This document shows positions 39,766 through 52,629 of a stretch of DNA of 64,000 nucleotides, piece after piece. The position numbers were made by a program, and so were the translations under genes. The notes beneath the pieces were generated by a model that saw only the letters and a program-made list of their open reading frames with translations, was not told where the DNA came from and did not search any database. Position 1 is the first letter of the stretch, and every line of letters begins with the position of its first letter. Origin of the DNA: Octopus sinensis (taxonomy: Eukaryota); contig NC_043001.1 in NCBI RefSeq assembly GCF_006345805.1, positions 41,354,001-41,418,000 on the forward strand, read 5' to 3'.

Positions 39766-40741
39766 TTTTTCTTTATCAATGCAAGATCTGAAAATTTATA
39801 TTTTAGTCAAAGTATGTTCTTAATGTAAAATTTCATTACACCACACTGACTAAAAAGGAAAAGGAATCTAGATTTAGACACTTAAGCCTACTAAAATGCA
39901 CTTTTTAAAACATGTTACTGTTTTTTCTTTTGTGTGTGTGTGCATGCATGCGTTGTATGTGCGTGGGTCATATTTCCCAAATGTTGATACAATACAGTAT
40001 TTTAAGTCTTAAATCAAAAATTAGTCTCTTTACATAATGTAGTAATATTCATTAACATGGATCTGTTTCTCTTTGGTGTTGTTATTAAATCCAGATTAGC
40101 TCTGTTAGAACAGAGCTACAATCAAAGGTATTTTAGCTGTGATTATTGTCTTTATTCAGGCTATGAGACTTCAACCACATTATTCAATGTCTTCTTCCCA
40201 TCATAAAACAATGCAGTATGATTTGAGACAAATTTAGCTACCATTTCTGGTCATTCACAGTTCTCTTGTTGGCTCTTTACTGTATTGACCTTTGGCAAGT
40301 GAATTTTTATACTAGCTTTGGCAATTCAAACTATAGGGTAACAATGCCATATAGTAAATAATAAATTAGAAATTCTACAAATTAAACAGTGATATGATAT
40401 CAAGGAAGTCTATTGTGTGATATCTGTAACAACCTCTAACAGTGAAATTTAAAATAGCTTTCTCATTTGCTTTTAACCAGTATGACAACAGCCATGCTGG
40501 AGCACAGATTTCAGAGATATATAAACATTATACAAATAGGAAAAAAAAAAAAAATTAATCCCTTGCCTGTACATGTTAGTTAATTCTGTGTAATATTGCG
40601 TGCAAGACCTAATTCAAGATGGGGAATATTTTGATTAAAAACAGCAACAGTAAATAGGAAAAATAAATTATAGCAGGAAACAACCTATTTTTCTCTTTTT
40701 TTATAACTTTAAATATACATGTGTGTGTGTACATTATATAT

Positions 40742-40786
<45 letters not shown>

Positions 40787-41307
40787 TTAATGTGTTTCAT
40801 GATGCAAACCAATAAATAAATCATTCTATTAAAAGAAAGGGAAAAAAGACAAAATAAGAAGTAGACTGTGTGCTAGCAGAGAGAGAAATTCATATATTTT
40901 GTTGCATACAAATTTTGGAAAGGAAGTGAAATTATGTGATATGTGAGTTGTAGGTAGAATGAAGGTTGGGATTACTGTTATGAAGAAGAAAAAATGGTTA
41001 AAAAATACAAGAACTGCCTTGAAAGCGTCATTTGATGCCTTCACTTGCCATTTTACAAGAAAACAAAAACTAATAAACAAAGACAAATCAATTACAAAAT
41101 ACAAAAACAAAGAAATACAGTTCATAGAAAATTCTATCAAATTGACATGAATGTTGGAAGTGAATGGTTGTGTGCGAGGGAAATGAAATTAACTCAGTTT
41201 TAGAATGCCAACAGTAATATTGCAATGACAGGAAAGACAGTTCTTAAAATACTTCCTTAAAAGGGATAATACTACTACTATTAATAATATATCCACAGAC
41301 ATGTGTG

Positions 41308-41318
41308 TATGTATATAT

Positions 41319-41416
<98 letters not shown>

Positions 41417-41437
41417 GATATATATACGTATAGATAG

Positions 41438-41490
<53 letters not shown>

Positions 41491-41720
41491 TATATACGTA
41501 TAGATAGATATATACATATATATATATACATATACACATATACACATATATATACATATATACATACATATACATATATATGTATAGATACACACACACA
41601 CATATATATATATATACACACACACACACACGTATATACATACATATAAATATATATGTATAGATATATACACTACACACACACACATATATATATACAC
41701 ATAAATACATTACATATACA
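41308..41720. repeat. Long compound (TA)n/(CA)n microsatellite
   Basis: Source of the three 130-180 aa Y/I/V-rich ORFs. Confidence 0.95.
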
Positions 41721-41759
41721 CACCCTGAAAAAATTGTAATCATGACACATATATCTTAT

Positions 41760-43260
41760 ACTAGTGATTTTTATGCGCAGATTCCAAAATTCCAGTCTTA
41801 TAGAGTCTGTTAAAAAGATTTTGTTCCTGGAAAATGGAGGTCATGGAGCTCTAAAATGTGAGAGTTAAGGCCCCTATTAGGGGTGGGTGTCTTAATATCA
41901 ACTAGAGAAGTTGAATTGTTGAGAATCTTTTAAACTTGGGTCTTATATCTATTGTTTGAATTTCTTTGAAATAGGAAATATATGTTCACTGGGTTTGTAA
42001 AAGAGAGCAAAGCTACAGGAAACCAAAAGATGAATGATCACAATAAGCAGTCAGCTACCCTACCCTATTCGTTACCACTCCCAATGTAGGATTCCTCATC
42101 ATCCAGGTGACAAGCACTGTTGTAAGATGCATTACAAATCTATAGTAATTGGAAGGACATGACCCAACTGAAATAAACATTAACAACTGTGCGATATGAA
42201 GACTAAGGAGAAATGAAAATGTCACCTCTGGAGTTTGCAAATGACCACTATACTGATATGTAACTGGACAGAATAAATTTACAATCTATAAATGTCTTTG
42301 AATAACCAGTCACTCATCTGGGAAGGCCTTGAAATCAATGTTACCATCTGGGGACTATGTGTGACCCAGTGATGATAAAAAGACTGAAAGGAGGTCTGCA
42401 ACCAAATAACTTTACTCAACACTTTGCAACTGAATCAGTGGAGGCAAAGATGCCTCTCATTTACTTGACAATTTATGCACCACATTGCAGAAATTACAAT
42501 CTAAGTATATGTCAAATCAAACTCTTACACTGTTGTACCATTGAATTACAAATAATGCTCATCTTTTATGCTCGGGTAACCCTACAGCTTCTAAGAGTAC
42601 AACTGTATTCATCTTTGCTTAGATAAAATGACTAAATTGTGGGTGTTAAGTTCCCCTGAAGGGGTCTTTCTAACTTGTAAGAAGATGAAGTTTTATAAAT
42701 ATAATTTTATTTGTGTCTAATATCTATTGTTTAAATTTCATCAACAACAAAAATATATGAATTGTGTGATAGGGGTTATTGTCCTTATGCATAGAATATA
42801 ATTTCCAAATTTCATAAAGATCCATTCAGTACTTGTGACCTAGTTTTGGATCATAAAAGAAATTATTAAAATTTGGGAGTTAAGACCCCTATTAGGGTGT
42901 CTTAGAATCCTCATGTGAAGTGGAAACTTTGAGAATACTTCTTGATGTGTGTCAATTACCCATGGTTGAAATTTCCTCAACATCGAAAATTTATGAATTT
43001 TCATGAGGGTTCTGCCCCCTTTAAGCCATCTGAAATTCAAACCAAACATACTGCATTAAACCCGCCCTCATGCATTGAATCTAAGTTTCAAATATCATAA
43101 GGATCCATTCAGTAATTTTGGTCCATGAAATTGTATGAAACACACAGCATTACCCTTCTCCCTAGGCTTGGATTTTGTGTTCCAAATTTCATTATGATCG
43201 GTGCAGCAGTTTTCAAATGTAACACATGAACACACATAAAGACATTGACTTTGATATAAT
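41760..43260 (+). mobile_element. Putative Helentron-associated non-autonomous element (HINE/DINE-like) with internal subrepeats
   Basis: Repeated GAGTTAAG(G/A)CCCCTATTAGGG (41862, 42877), GATCCATTCAGTA (42819, 43102) and CCAAATTTCAT..GATCGG motifs. Family assignment is from motif memory only. Confidence 0.4.
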
Positions 43261-43649
43261 AGATATCAATATGCACATATACATACATGTGTATATATAT
43301 ATGTGTGTGCGTGTGTGTACATATATATATATATGTTAGGCCGTCCGATGTCGCTGGTCGTGCTGGTGTAACGGGTGAGTTTTTCCCCCTAGCATTTCTA
43401 GATCTATAGGAAATATTATATTGACAAGGAAATGAACCTTCGGTTCTAATCCAGAAACGAGTCATCTATAATTAATCCATAGGCTGGGATTTCGTTATTT
43501 TCTGCCTTTTTTGCCATATACAGCTTACAAATTCTGTTTGTGGAGACTTTTTACTAGTAGAGGAAATAGTGATCAATTTTGGCTGCTATTTCTAATATTT
43601 TCGGTATGTGCTTTTGAGCAACTTGTTGCATTTAACCCTTAATTATAAT

Positions 43650-44066
43650 TATATATATATATATATATGTACACACACACACACACAAAAAGATAAATTG
43701 ATAGATGCAACTGAGTGGGCAAACAAAAATATGAGACACTGTCTAGTGCTTTTTCATATTTTGATAAGCCTGGTACTTATTCTATTAGTTTCTTATGAAA
43801 CCAGTGGTGAGGGAGAAACACAAAGACACACTCATAGACTTATATATATGGTTGATTTCTTTCAGTTTCTGTCTACAAAATCTACTGACAAGGCTTTGGT
43901 TGGTCTGGGGCTATAGCAGAAGACACATGCCAAATCACCACAAAGTGGGACTGAACCCAGGACCATGTGTTTTGGAACCAAGTTTGTTACCACACAGCCA
44001 CACCTGCACCTACGTATACGTGTGTGTGTGTATATGTATATATATGTGTACATATTACATGTACAT

Positions 44067-44098
<32 letters not shown>

Positions 44099-44478
44099 CT
44101 ACACATATACATGTTTACATATATACATCTATATCCCTATATCCATAGAAATACATCTATACATATACATAAATATATACATGTATATATACACATTCAC
44201 ATATATATATATGTAAATTTAAATTTAAAACATTAAGGGTGAAAAATTGAATATGAATTTGATTAATATCAATTTAAAACCAGTGGTGTGGCATATTGAA
44301 AAATCTGAAGTCTCAGAAAAAATTATATTACATACATATAAGAGGGGTGACCTGTAAGTGGATATCCATTATGCTAGAAGATCCGCTAGGGTCTTACTAT
44401 TCCTTTGTCAGTGGTAAGACCATAGCGGATCATCTTCTAGCATAATGGATGTCCACTTACAGGTCATCCCTGTTATAT

Positions 44479-44525
<47 letters not shown>

Positions 44526-44911
44526 CACACACAAAAAAAAGATAAATTGATAGATGCAACTGAGTGGGCAAACAAAAATATGAGACACTGTCTAGTGCTT
44601 TTTCATATTTTGATAAGCCTGGTACTTATTCTATTAGTTTCTTATGAAACCAGTGGTGAGGGAGAAACACAAAGACACACTCATAGACTTATATATATGG
44701 TTGATTTCTTTCAGTTTCTGTCTACAAAATCTACTGACAAGGCTTTGGTTGGTCTGGGGCTATAGCAGAAGACACATGCCAAATCACCACAAAGTGGGAC
44801 TGAACCCAGGACCATGTGTTTTGGAACCAAGTTTGTTACCACACAGCCACACCTGCACCTATGTATACGTGTGTGTGTATATGTATATATATGTGTACAT
44901 ATTACATGTAC

Positions 44912-44954
<43 letters not shown>

Positions 44955-45337
44955 CTACACATATACATGTTTACATATATACATCTATATCCCTATATCC
45001 ATAGAAATACATCTATACATATACATAAATATATACATGTATATATACACATTCACATATATATATATATGTGTAAATTTAAATTTAAAACATTAAGGGT
45101 GAAAAATTGAATATGAATTTGATTAATATCAATTTAAAACCAGTGGTGTGGCATATTGAAAAATCTGAAGTCTCAGAAAAAATTATATTACATACATATA
45201 AGAGGGGTGACCTGTAAGTGGATATCCATTATGCTAGAAGATCCGCTAGGGTCTTACTATTCCTTTGTCAGTGGTAAGACCATAGCGGATCATCTTCTAG
45301 CATAATGGATGTCCACTTACAGGTCATCCCTGTTATA

Positions 45338-45340
<3 letters not shown>
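43650..45340. repeat. Near-identical tandem duplication, unit about 850-860 bp
   Basis: Duplicated ORFs offset by 849 nt (43795 vs 44644). Each unit has a minus-strand family A SINE and a hairpin; junctions lie in (TA)n. Confidence 0.95.
44336..44477. repeat. ~140-bp hairpin element (second copy at about 45196-45337)
   Basis: GGGGTGACCTGTAAGTGGATATCCATTATGCTAGAAGA-TCCGCTAGGGTCTTAC / 16-nt loop / GTAAGACCATAGCGGATCATCTTCTAGCATAATGGATGTCCACTTACAGGTCATCCC. Confidence 0.9.
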
Positions 45341-45374
<34 letters not shown>

Positions 45375-45499
45375 TATACATGTATATATACATCTACATA
45401 TACATTTGTGCAGATGTATACATATATATATATATATACACATAATATATATCATATATATGTATGTATGTATGCCTGTATATATGTGAGATAATAGTT

Positions 45500-45790
45500 T
45501 CAGTATTAAAGTGAAAAGTATATGACATTACAATAGAGAGATGTTATTGTTTCACTTTTGACATGTAATACTGAAATAGTGGAGAAGATATGATAATGCT
45601 GTGGGCTCGCATTAGGCAAGAAATTAAAAATATTTTTAGCCTATGTCACTACATGGACCCTAAGTAAGGCATGTGTAAAATTTGAATGAAATTGGTTGTG
45701 TAGTTCTCAAGTTTTAGGGATTCATACAGACAGACACACACACACACACACACACACACACATTCTCATCTTTATATATATATACACAGC
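45500..45790 (+). mobile_element. Putative HINE/DINE-like 3' end
   Basis: TGTGTAAAATTTGAATGAAATTGG..TAGTT followed by ACAGACAGAC(AC)n..CTTTATATATAT. Confidence 0.45.
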
Positions 45791-45971
45791 ATGGCATACC
45801 TCTACTGATGACCGTTTCACTGACCAGCTATTGGTTGAATTTATGAAACTACCTTATTGAGTACATAAGATAATATCTAAGTGGTATTCCAATGATGAAA
45901 CAAATTATAGTAATGATATTAGGATTTTAAGTTCTGTGTTAGAAATAATTTAAACACCATACGTAACACCC

Positions 45972-46360
45972 AGGTGCAGGTATAGCTGTGTGGTAAGAAG
46001 CTTGCTTCCCAACCACATGGTTTGCTGTTCAATCCCACTGCATGGCACCCTGGGCAATGTCTTCTACTACAGCCTCAGGCTGCCCAAAGCCTTGTGAGTG
46101 GATTTGGTAGGCGGAAACTGAAAGAAGCCTGTTTGTGTGTGTATGTCTGCCCCCTCTCCACTACCACCATAGCTTGACAACTGCTACAGATGTGTTTATG
46201 ACCCTGTAACTCAGCAGTTCGACAAAAGCAACTAACAGAATAAGTACCAGGTTTTAAAAAATAAATACTGGAATTGATGCATTTGACTAAAAGTTCTTCA
46301 AAGCAGTGCCCCAGCATGGCAACAGTCTAATGACTGAAACAAGCAAAAGAGACAAGATAA
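45972..46360 (+). mobile_element. tRNA-headed SINE family A, full length
   Basis: Head, B box and CAGCATGGCAACAGTCTAATGACTGAAAC tail. Confidence 0.85.
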
Positions 46361-46705
46361 AACACTTCCATATGTGAAAGAATTTTACATAGAGGATAAA
46401 TCAAATCTAAAACATGCCACAGACACTTTTAGTTTATCACTCAGGGTGTTGGCAAGTTATGGAAATGGTATTGTCAGGATGACCAGTAGATGCAATATAT
46501 AACTTCCCCAATCACAAAAATACCCAGGGCAAGACGTTTGTATCAGCATTAATACTGCAATAGCATTATCACACTGCAATGGTGAGAAAAAGTAAAACAA
46601 TTATTGGATAAAATTTTGACAGCTCAATGAAAAATTGTAAGGCTGCTAACCTGAGGACAATGCTGTTTCCTTGGCAAGACAATAAATACTGCCTTTCATA
46701 CAAAC

Positions 46706-47100
46706 CATCATCATCATCATCACTGTTTTAGCATACGTTTTTCCATGCCTTCATGGGTCAGATAATTTATTTGAGGAAAATTTTCTATGACCACTTGTCT
46801 TTCTTTTCACCAATACTTACCTTTTCTAAACAAGGGAATACTGTCCCATAACCAGACAAGTTTTTGCAAAATATTGGAAATGAATGACATTCATTTACAA
46901 CAATTACATGATGGCAAGACAAAGAAACTCCTTCACAGACACACACACAAAGAGTTTCATTCAGTTTTTATCCACCAAATCCACTCTCAATGCTTTGGTT
47001 GTCCCAGTGTTACAGTAGTAAAACACTTGCCCAAGGTGCCATGCAGTAGGACTGAACCTGAGACCATCTGATTGGGAAACAAATTTCTTACCTATGCTTG
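46706..47100 (-). mobile_element. SINE family A with RTE-type (GAT)n tail
   Basis: (ATC)n tail...cacttgcccaaggtgccatgcagtaggactgaacc. Confidence 0.75.
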
Positions 47101-48270
47101 TGCCTATAAAATGATAATAATAATAATGGACTCTCTTGTTGAAGACAATATGAGTGTCGAGCTTTTGCCACACAACCTGCACAAATGATTTGTTTATAGC
47201 GATCAAATGTATGTGCCGTATATTAGCTCACTACCTCTAACAAATCGATGTTGCCTGAGCAGGTGCATGGTGTACCACACATCAGGTGTCAAAGTGATCA
47301 CAGAGCAACGGGAGATGAAGTGTTTTGCCCAAGATCACAACACACCATCTTGTCTAGGATTGAAAACACTAGGCCTTGTGTCCTCACATATAATAAATAA
47401 TAATAATAAAGTCAGTTCAAGTGTAAAAAGGAAGATAATGACACAATAGGGATGCTGTAAGTTAGCAAGAAATTGCAATATAGAGTTGATAGAGTGATGA
47501 GCAAAATATCTGATATTTAGTTACATCTGGCTCACGTCCATTTTGTTTTTCACTTTTGAGGTGGGGGAGGAGGAGCAGTGTAATTACGCATACCACAAAA
47601 AGCAATGACCCCCATCATGGTCACAGTACAATAACTGAAACCAGTAAAAGAATAAATGAATAAATTCACAGGAGAATAACTGGTCTTTATTTTCTTTGAT
47701 GAGGTGAAACAATGTTAGCACAATGAACATAATATATATACTATATACAGTTAAAAAAAACTTGATTATTGTATCTGATGAATATCAATTCTAGTAAGAA
47801 AGATAAACATGGCAAAAGCAATTCACTAGTGAATTATTGAATAAATATACTAATATAGTCAACTGATTAATTTCTCTATCTTCTTTCCATTCATTAATTC
47901 ATTCAGCTATTATTATAACTCATGATCACGACTTGAATGAAATTAAAACTTCAATTATTTGTAAAATATATTCTGCAAAATAGAACTTCCTTTTCAAAAC
48001 AAAACAATCTAAAAACGAAATTTATGTTTTTCCATGTGTAGAAGATAAAAATTTCTTCAAATAACATCAATCTTCAAGAAGGATTATAAAGGGTATAGGC
48101 ATGGCCAAAATATTCTTTTTGTTTTTACACAAGCTACGTTTCACATCTTTATTGGGAAAGAACCCACTCTCAATTATCACAATTACCAAACTGAAATACA
48201 GATGATTTTTTTTTTGTCTGGGAAGTACTTGATAGAGATCTCTTGATATTTATTATATTGCTCCTGCATT

Positions 48271-48553
48271 GAGAGGTCACAGCTCTGGTACAACAGACAT
48301 GTGATTAGAATGTTGCAGGACAGAATCGCAATGCAAATTCTTCAAGCTGAGCCATCCAGCAAGAGACCTAAAGGTAGACAGAGCATGAGATGGTTGGACA
48401 ATATTCATAGTTTCAGTTGGTCATGCTTGGGAATCCAGCTGGAAAGTCTAATGACAGTTGTTTCTGATAGGATCTTATGGAGAAGGTGCCTGAGGACTCT
48501 ACTGCCAAGACCTACTCAAGAATAGTGGGTGGGGAAAATGGATGGATGGATGG
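48271..48553 (+). mobile_element. RTE-clade LINE 3' end, Rex3/Expander-like
   Basis: ERSQLWYNRHVIRM...KRPKGRQSMRWLDNI...LGI...W...LLPRPTQE*, then a (GATG)3 tail. Confidence 0.8.
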
Positions 48554-48825
48554 CTTCCAAGGCTGCTTTAATAATTGAATTACAATGCATTGATTGATTT
48601 GCTATTGTTGAAGCTTTATATACAGTAATTTTGATGATTTTTTTCTGTGGAAAAAGTAAGAAACAATAACTGTCCCTTGATGTTATAAAGAGACTACAAA
48701 ATAATGTAAGAATAAGACTGTATTCCTCTCTGTGATGCTAAAACAGAAGTTAAAAGAGAATTACAAATAGCTATTGCCACCACATCAGCATTTACCTGAG
48801 GCCCAAGAAATGTATGAACATTGTC

Positions 48826-49050
48826 ATCATTGTTTAAATATTCACTTCTCCATGCTTGCATTGGTCTGAAGGAGTTTTTTGAGACACATTTTCTATGTCT
48901 GGATGCTCTTCCGAACAAGTTTAAATTTTCCCGTGGTCAGACATGCTTTTGCTGAATATTGGAAACAAATGATACTGCTTCTATGACAGTGACACTCATT
49001 ACAACTATCATGCAAAATTAAGATGAGGAAACACAAACATACATACACAT

Positions 49051-49081
<31 letters not shown>

Positions 49082-49235
49082 TGCATGATGGGCTTCTTTT
49101 CAGCTTCTGTCAATCAAATTCACTCACAAGGTCAAGGTTGGCTCATGTCTATAGTAGAAGACACTTACACAAAGACTGAACCCAAAACCATGTGGTTGGG
49201 AAGCAAACTTTTCAATCACACAGCCACATCTGCGC
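48826..49235 (-). mobile_element. SINE family A with RTE-type tail
   Basis: accatgtggttgggaagcaaac...cacagccac head on the minus strand; ccatgcttgca tail. Confidence 0.75.
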
Positions 49236-49295
49236 TTCACCTGCCTCTGTTTTTTTTTTTGTATGTATGTATGTATGTATGTACGTATTTATATA

Positions 49296-49772
49296 TCTTA
49301 TCTTTTACTTGTTTCAGTCACTAGACAGTGGCCAAGCTGGGGCACCACCTTGAAATTTTAGTCGCATGAATTGACCCCAGTACTTATTCTTTGTAAGCCC
49401 AGTACTTATTCTATCGGTCTCTTTTGCTGAACCGCTAAGTGACGGGGACGTAAACACACCGGCATCGGTTGTCAAGCAATGCTAGGGGGACAAACACAGA
49501 CACACAAACACACACATACATACATATATATATACACATATATACGACAGGCTTCTTTCAGTTTCCGTCTACCAAATCCACTCACAAGGCATATATATAT
49601 ATATATATATATATGGCAGGCTTCTATCAGTTTCCATCTAGCAAATACACTCACAAAGCTTTGGTTAGCCTGAAGCTGTAGTAGAAGACATTTGCTGAAG
49701 GTGCCATACAGTGGGACTGAACCCAGAACCATGTAGTTGGGAAGCCAGCTTCTTACCACACAGCCATTGCTG
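49296..49772 (-). mobile_element. SINE family A with a duplicated internal segment
   Basis: Two copies of ggcttct.tcagtttcc.tcta.caaat.cactcacaa separated by (TA)n. Confidence 0.8.
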
Positions 49773-50149
49773 CATGTATATATGAATGTTACGTTCATAG
49801 TCGTAGTTGTGACAAATGAAAAGATAACGTAATCTTACTTTAACAAATACTCATAAACACACGATAACTCATTACTGATCACTCCAACTGATGATTCTAC
49901 TGTTACTGGCCACAAATTTGAATGTTTTTAAGAGTATATTTTAAAAGTTGACATCCTATTACAGATTTTAAGTGATTCAATTGATGTTGCAGTTATATCA
50001 TGTTTGTGATTAAGTTACAAAGTTATAAATTTGGATTTTCAAGGTTTTAGGATAATTATCTTTTAACTTTTAAGCTTTAAGTATTAAATCATCAGATAAA
50101 TTCTTTAATTTTTTTCCTATCTTATTTGAATTAATGCAAAAAATACTCT

Positions 50150-51130
50150 TATCAGTGTTTTATGGTCGGTTTTTTATTATTATTATTTTGTAGCTCTATT
50201 CCTCCTCTATAATTTTTTATTTATTTTTCTTGAAATTTGAATAAATTTTTGCCTCTTTTCAGATGTATGTTAGTGGAATACCAATTAGAGAAAAATAAGC
50301 ATTTTCAACACCTGCTTTTCTTTGCTTTCAAGCAAGGCTCCAGATCTGCCAAAGTCCCCTGAGATATTTGTGTTCTGCGATGTAGATGGATGAGGACAGT
50401 TACATAAAAAAATGTCAATCACTTAAAGTGGAGGGAAGAGGGAGATCCAGGAAAACATGCTGAACCTTATGAAGGAGACAACAGAGGATGAGATATCTGG
50501 TGCATTGCTGTATTCAAGAAGACCTGCCCACCACAACAGAATTGAGATCTTAAAACTAAGGTGCAACGTAAAATGTGTTCGTGTGGGTACTGGTGCCATG
50601 TAAGAAGCACTCAGTACATTTTGTAAAATGGCTTGCATTAGGAAAGGTATCTAATTGTAGAAACCAAGCCAAAACAGACTATGGAACCTGATGCAAATCC
50701 TGGCTTTGCCAGTTCCTGTCGAGCCATCCAACCCATGCCAGCATGGAAAACAGATATTACATGTTGATGATAACGGTGATGGGGAAGGTGCTATTACTGA
50801 AAGAACTGCACAGAAATAGTTTTCACACTTCAGACTTTCTGTATTTCAGCTGATTTGTGCAGTTCAAAGAGGATCAGTTGAACAAGTTCATCCATGAGGA
50901 TATGCACCAATTCACAAGGGAAATGGCCCAGCAAGTGGTATGTTTTTATGATATTGTCCCTCATTACTTTCACTGGTTATTTCTACTGTGAAAGCATTGA
51001 CAAGCTAGTGAAACATTGGCTAGAAGTTGTGAATAATGAAGGAGATATATTATTGGCTGATTTGTTAAAATTGTTGATGAAAAATAAAGACTAAAATAAA
51101 TAAAAAAAATAATATATCTGACAACCCAAG
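50150..51130 (+). mobile_element. Decayed mariner interrupted by an RTE 3'-end insertion (about 50382-50775)
   Basis: VEYQLEKNKHFQHLLFFAFKQGS..DIC (50273) resumes as GEGAITERTAQ (50781); FY.ESIDKLVKHWLEVVNNEGD; TIR TCTGACAACCCAA. Confidence 0.75.
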
Positions 51131-51231
51131 ATTTAATTTAAGTTAGTTGTCAAAAGTTCAGTTCTAGAGACGAAATAACTCATTTGCTCAACCAACCAAC
51201 CAACTAAACAAATAACCAATCAGATATTTAC

Positions 51232-51507
51232 ATTGAAAACAATACTTTCAATCCTATACTTATAGTACTGATATAATCAATGATCATTTCTTCATTCTCC
51301 AACTCAAATCCACTTTCTATCACAGCATTATAATCTGGAATAATCTTTCTATGGTCAGTATTCTCTCCAAATACACCAAATATAATGCTAACATTCAGCA
51401 GCTGAGTGACAGATGCCAGTTTGTCTTTCAACAAGTTCTGACTTTTCTCATTCCATAACTGGAGTTCCAAAGTTTTATTTTCTGGTTTTCTCCTGAACCT
51501 TATAAGA
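51232..51507 (-). CDS. Putative exon 3 of an uncharacterised protein
   Basis: Acceptor tttggcatctacccacttctag|, phase 2, 92 open codons LIRFRRKPENKTLELQLWNEKSQNLLKDKL...IDYISTISIGLKVLFS. Best donor AAT|gtaaat; alternative donors are possible. Confidence 0.6.
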
Positions 51508-52598
51508 CTAGAAGTGGGTAGATGCCAAATAAAGAATCAAAGTCCTGTATTATTGACTCAGCAGAATGTTATTTTAGTTCTACTAAAGATTACCAGAAAG
51601 ATAGATGAAATCAAATATACTACCACTGACTTGTTTACAATACTACTTTTATATACTGTGTGTGCATGAATATGTATGCATGCACATATAGTCATAGAAC
51701 AAAAGGAATTTAGTCTAAAATACTTGAGTGTATGCCTCTCTTGGATCATTACTGAACCTGTTATACAGTCATGAACAAAACCTTAATGATATATGTTCAG
51801 TATAGTGTTGTTTTGATAACCTTAAAGGATGAAAGTAATACTAGCATTCAAAAATACCATTCTTCCCTTATTATGACTAGAAAGGACTTAAGTCTGCCTG
51901 ATCACAAAAATTTTCATATAGTGATAGAAAGTAACATTTTTATTTTGTTAAATTGAGTGTTGACCCATCTCTTTACTGATCTATAATGGTTTCGAGTCTT
52001 CGTTCCAGCTTTGTTTTAGTCTCCACTCTCCTTTTCATTGACTTATAAGCTAACTGAAATGTATTGTTTCTATTTCTCTTATTTCTTATGATTTTACTTG
52101 TTTGTGTCTTATCAGTGACACAAGAAGGTGTGTGGTTGTAATATACATGCTTTTTTTTTTCAAATACTTTAGCTTAAGTGAAGTGAAATGGCTTTAAAAG
52201 GAAATAATGAATGGTTATGGATATTTATTAGTATTGCCAGGAGTTTACCCAATACTTTATACTATTTTGTGTTATATTCTGTATATTTATAGCAATATAT
52301 TGGGTAGTATTTCAATAGTCAATGGAATCCTAACAAAAGTTACCTTAATTTCCTGCAGTGATTTATGATTTAATTTGACTGAGGAAATATCGCTAAATAC
52401 TGAGACCCTACCTTAGCTAACTGGTAGATTCTAGTAAGATCAGATACAATTATTTATAAGGGTAATAAATATGAAAAGATTGTGGTCAAGAAGTAATTGT
52501 AAATGAAGAAAGGAAATCTTATGTCAAGTAGTTCCTATGAATGGAGAGTTATCTTAGCTATCTAAACAATTTCTAATTAATTCATCATCAATCCAACA

Positions 52599-52629
<31 letters not shown>

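Noticed and set aside
41189-41743. Long Y/I/V/C-rich ORFs (also at 2034-2480, 31865-32131, 43795-45110, 55189-55659, 58100-58449)
   Set aside because: They are translations of microsatellites or low-complexity repeat DNA.
45805-45860. CTGATGA...GAAAC hammerhead-like spacing (also 10600-10640 minus, 47775-47805, 60135-60175)
   Set aside because: There is no paired stem II base next to the core and no stem I or III.
46524-46573. Strong acceptor followed by CDNAIAVLMLIQTSCP as exon 4
   Set aside because: It needs a weak phase-0 donor on exon 3 and has no independent support.
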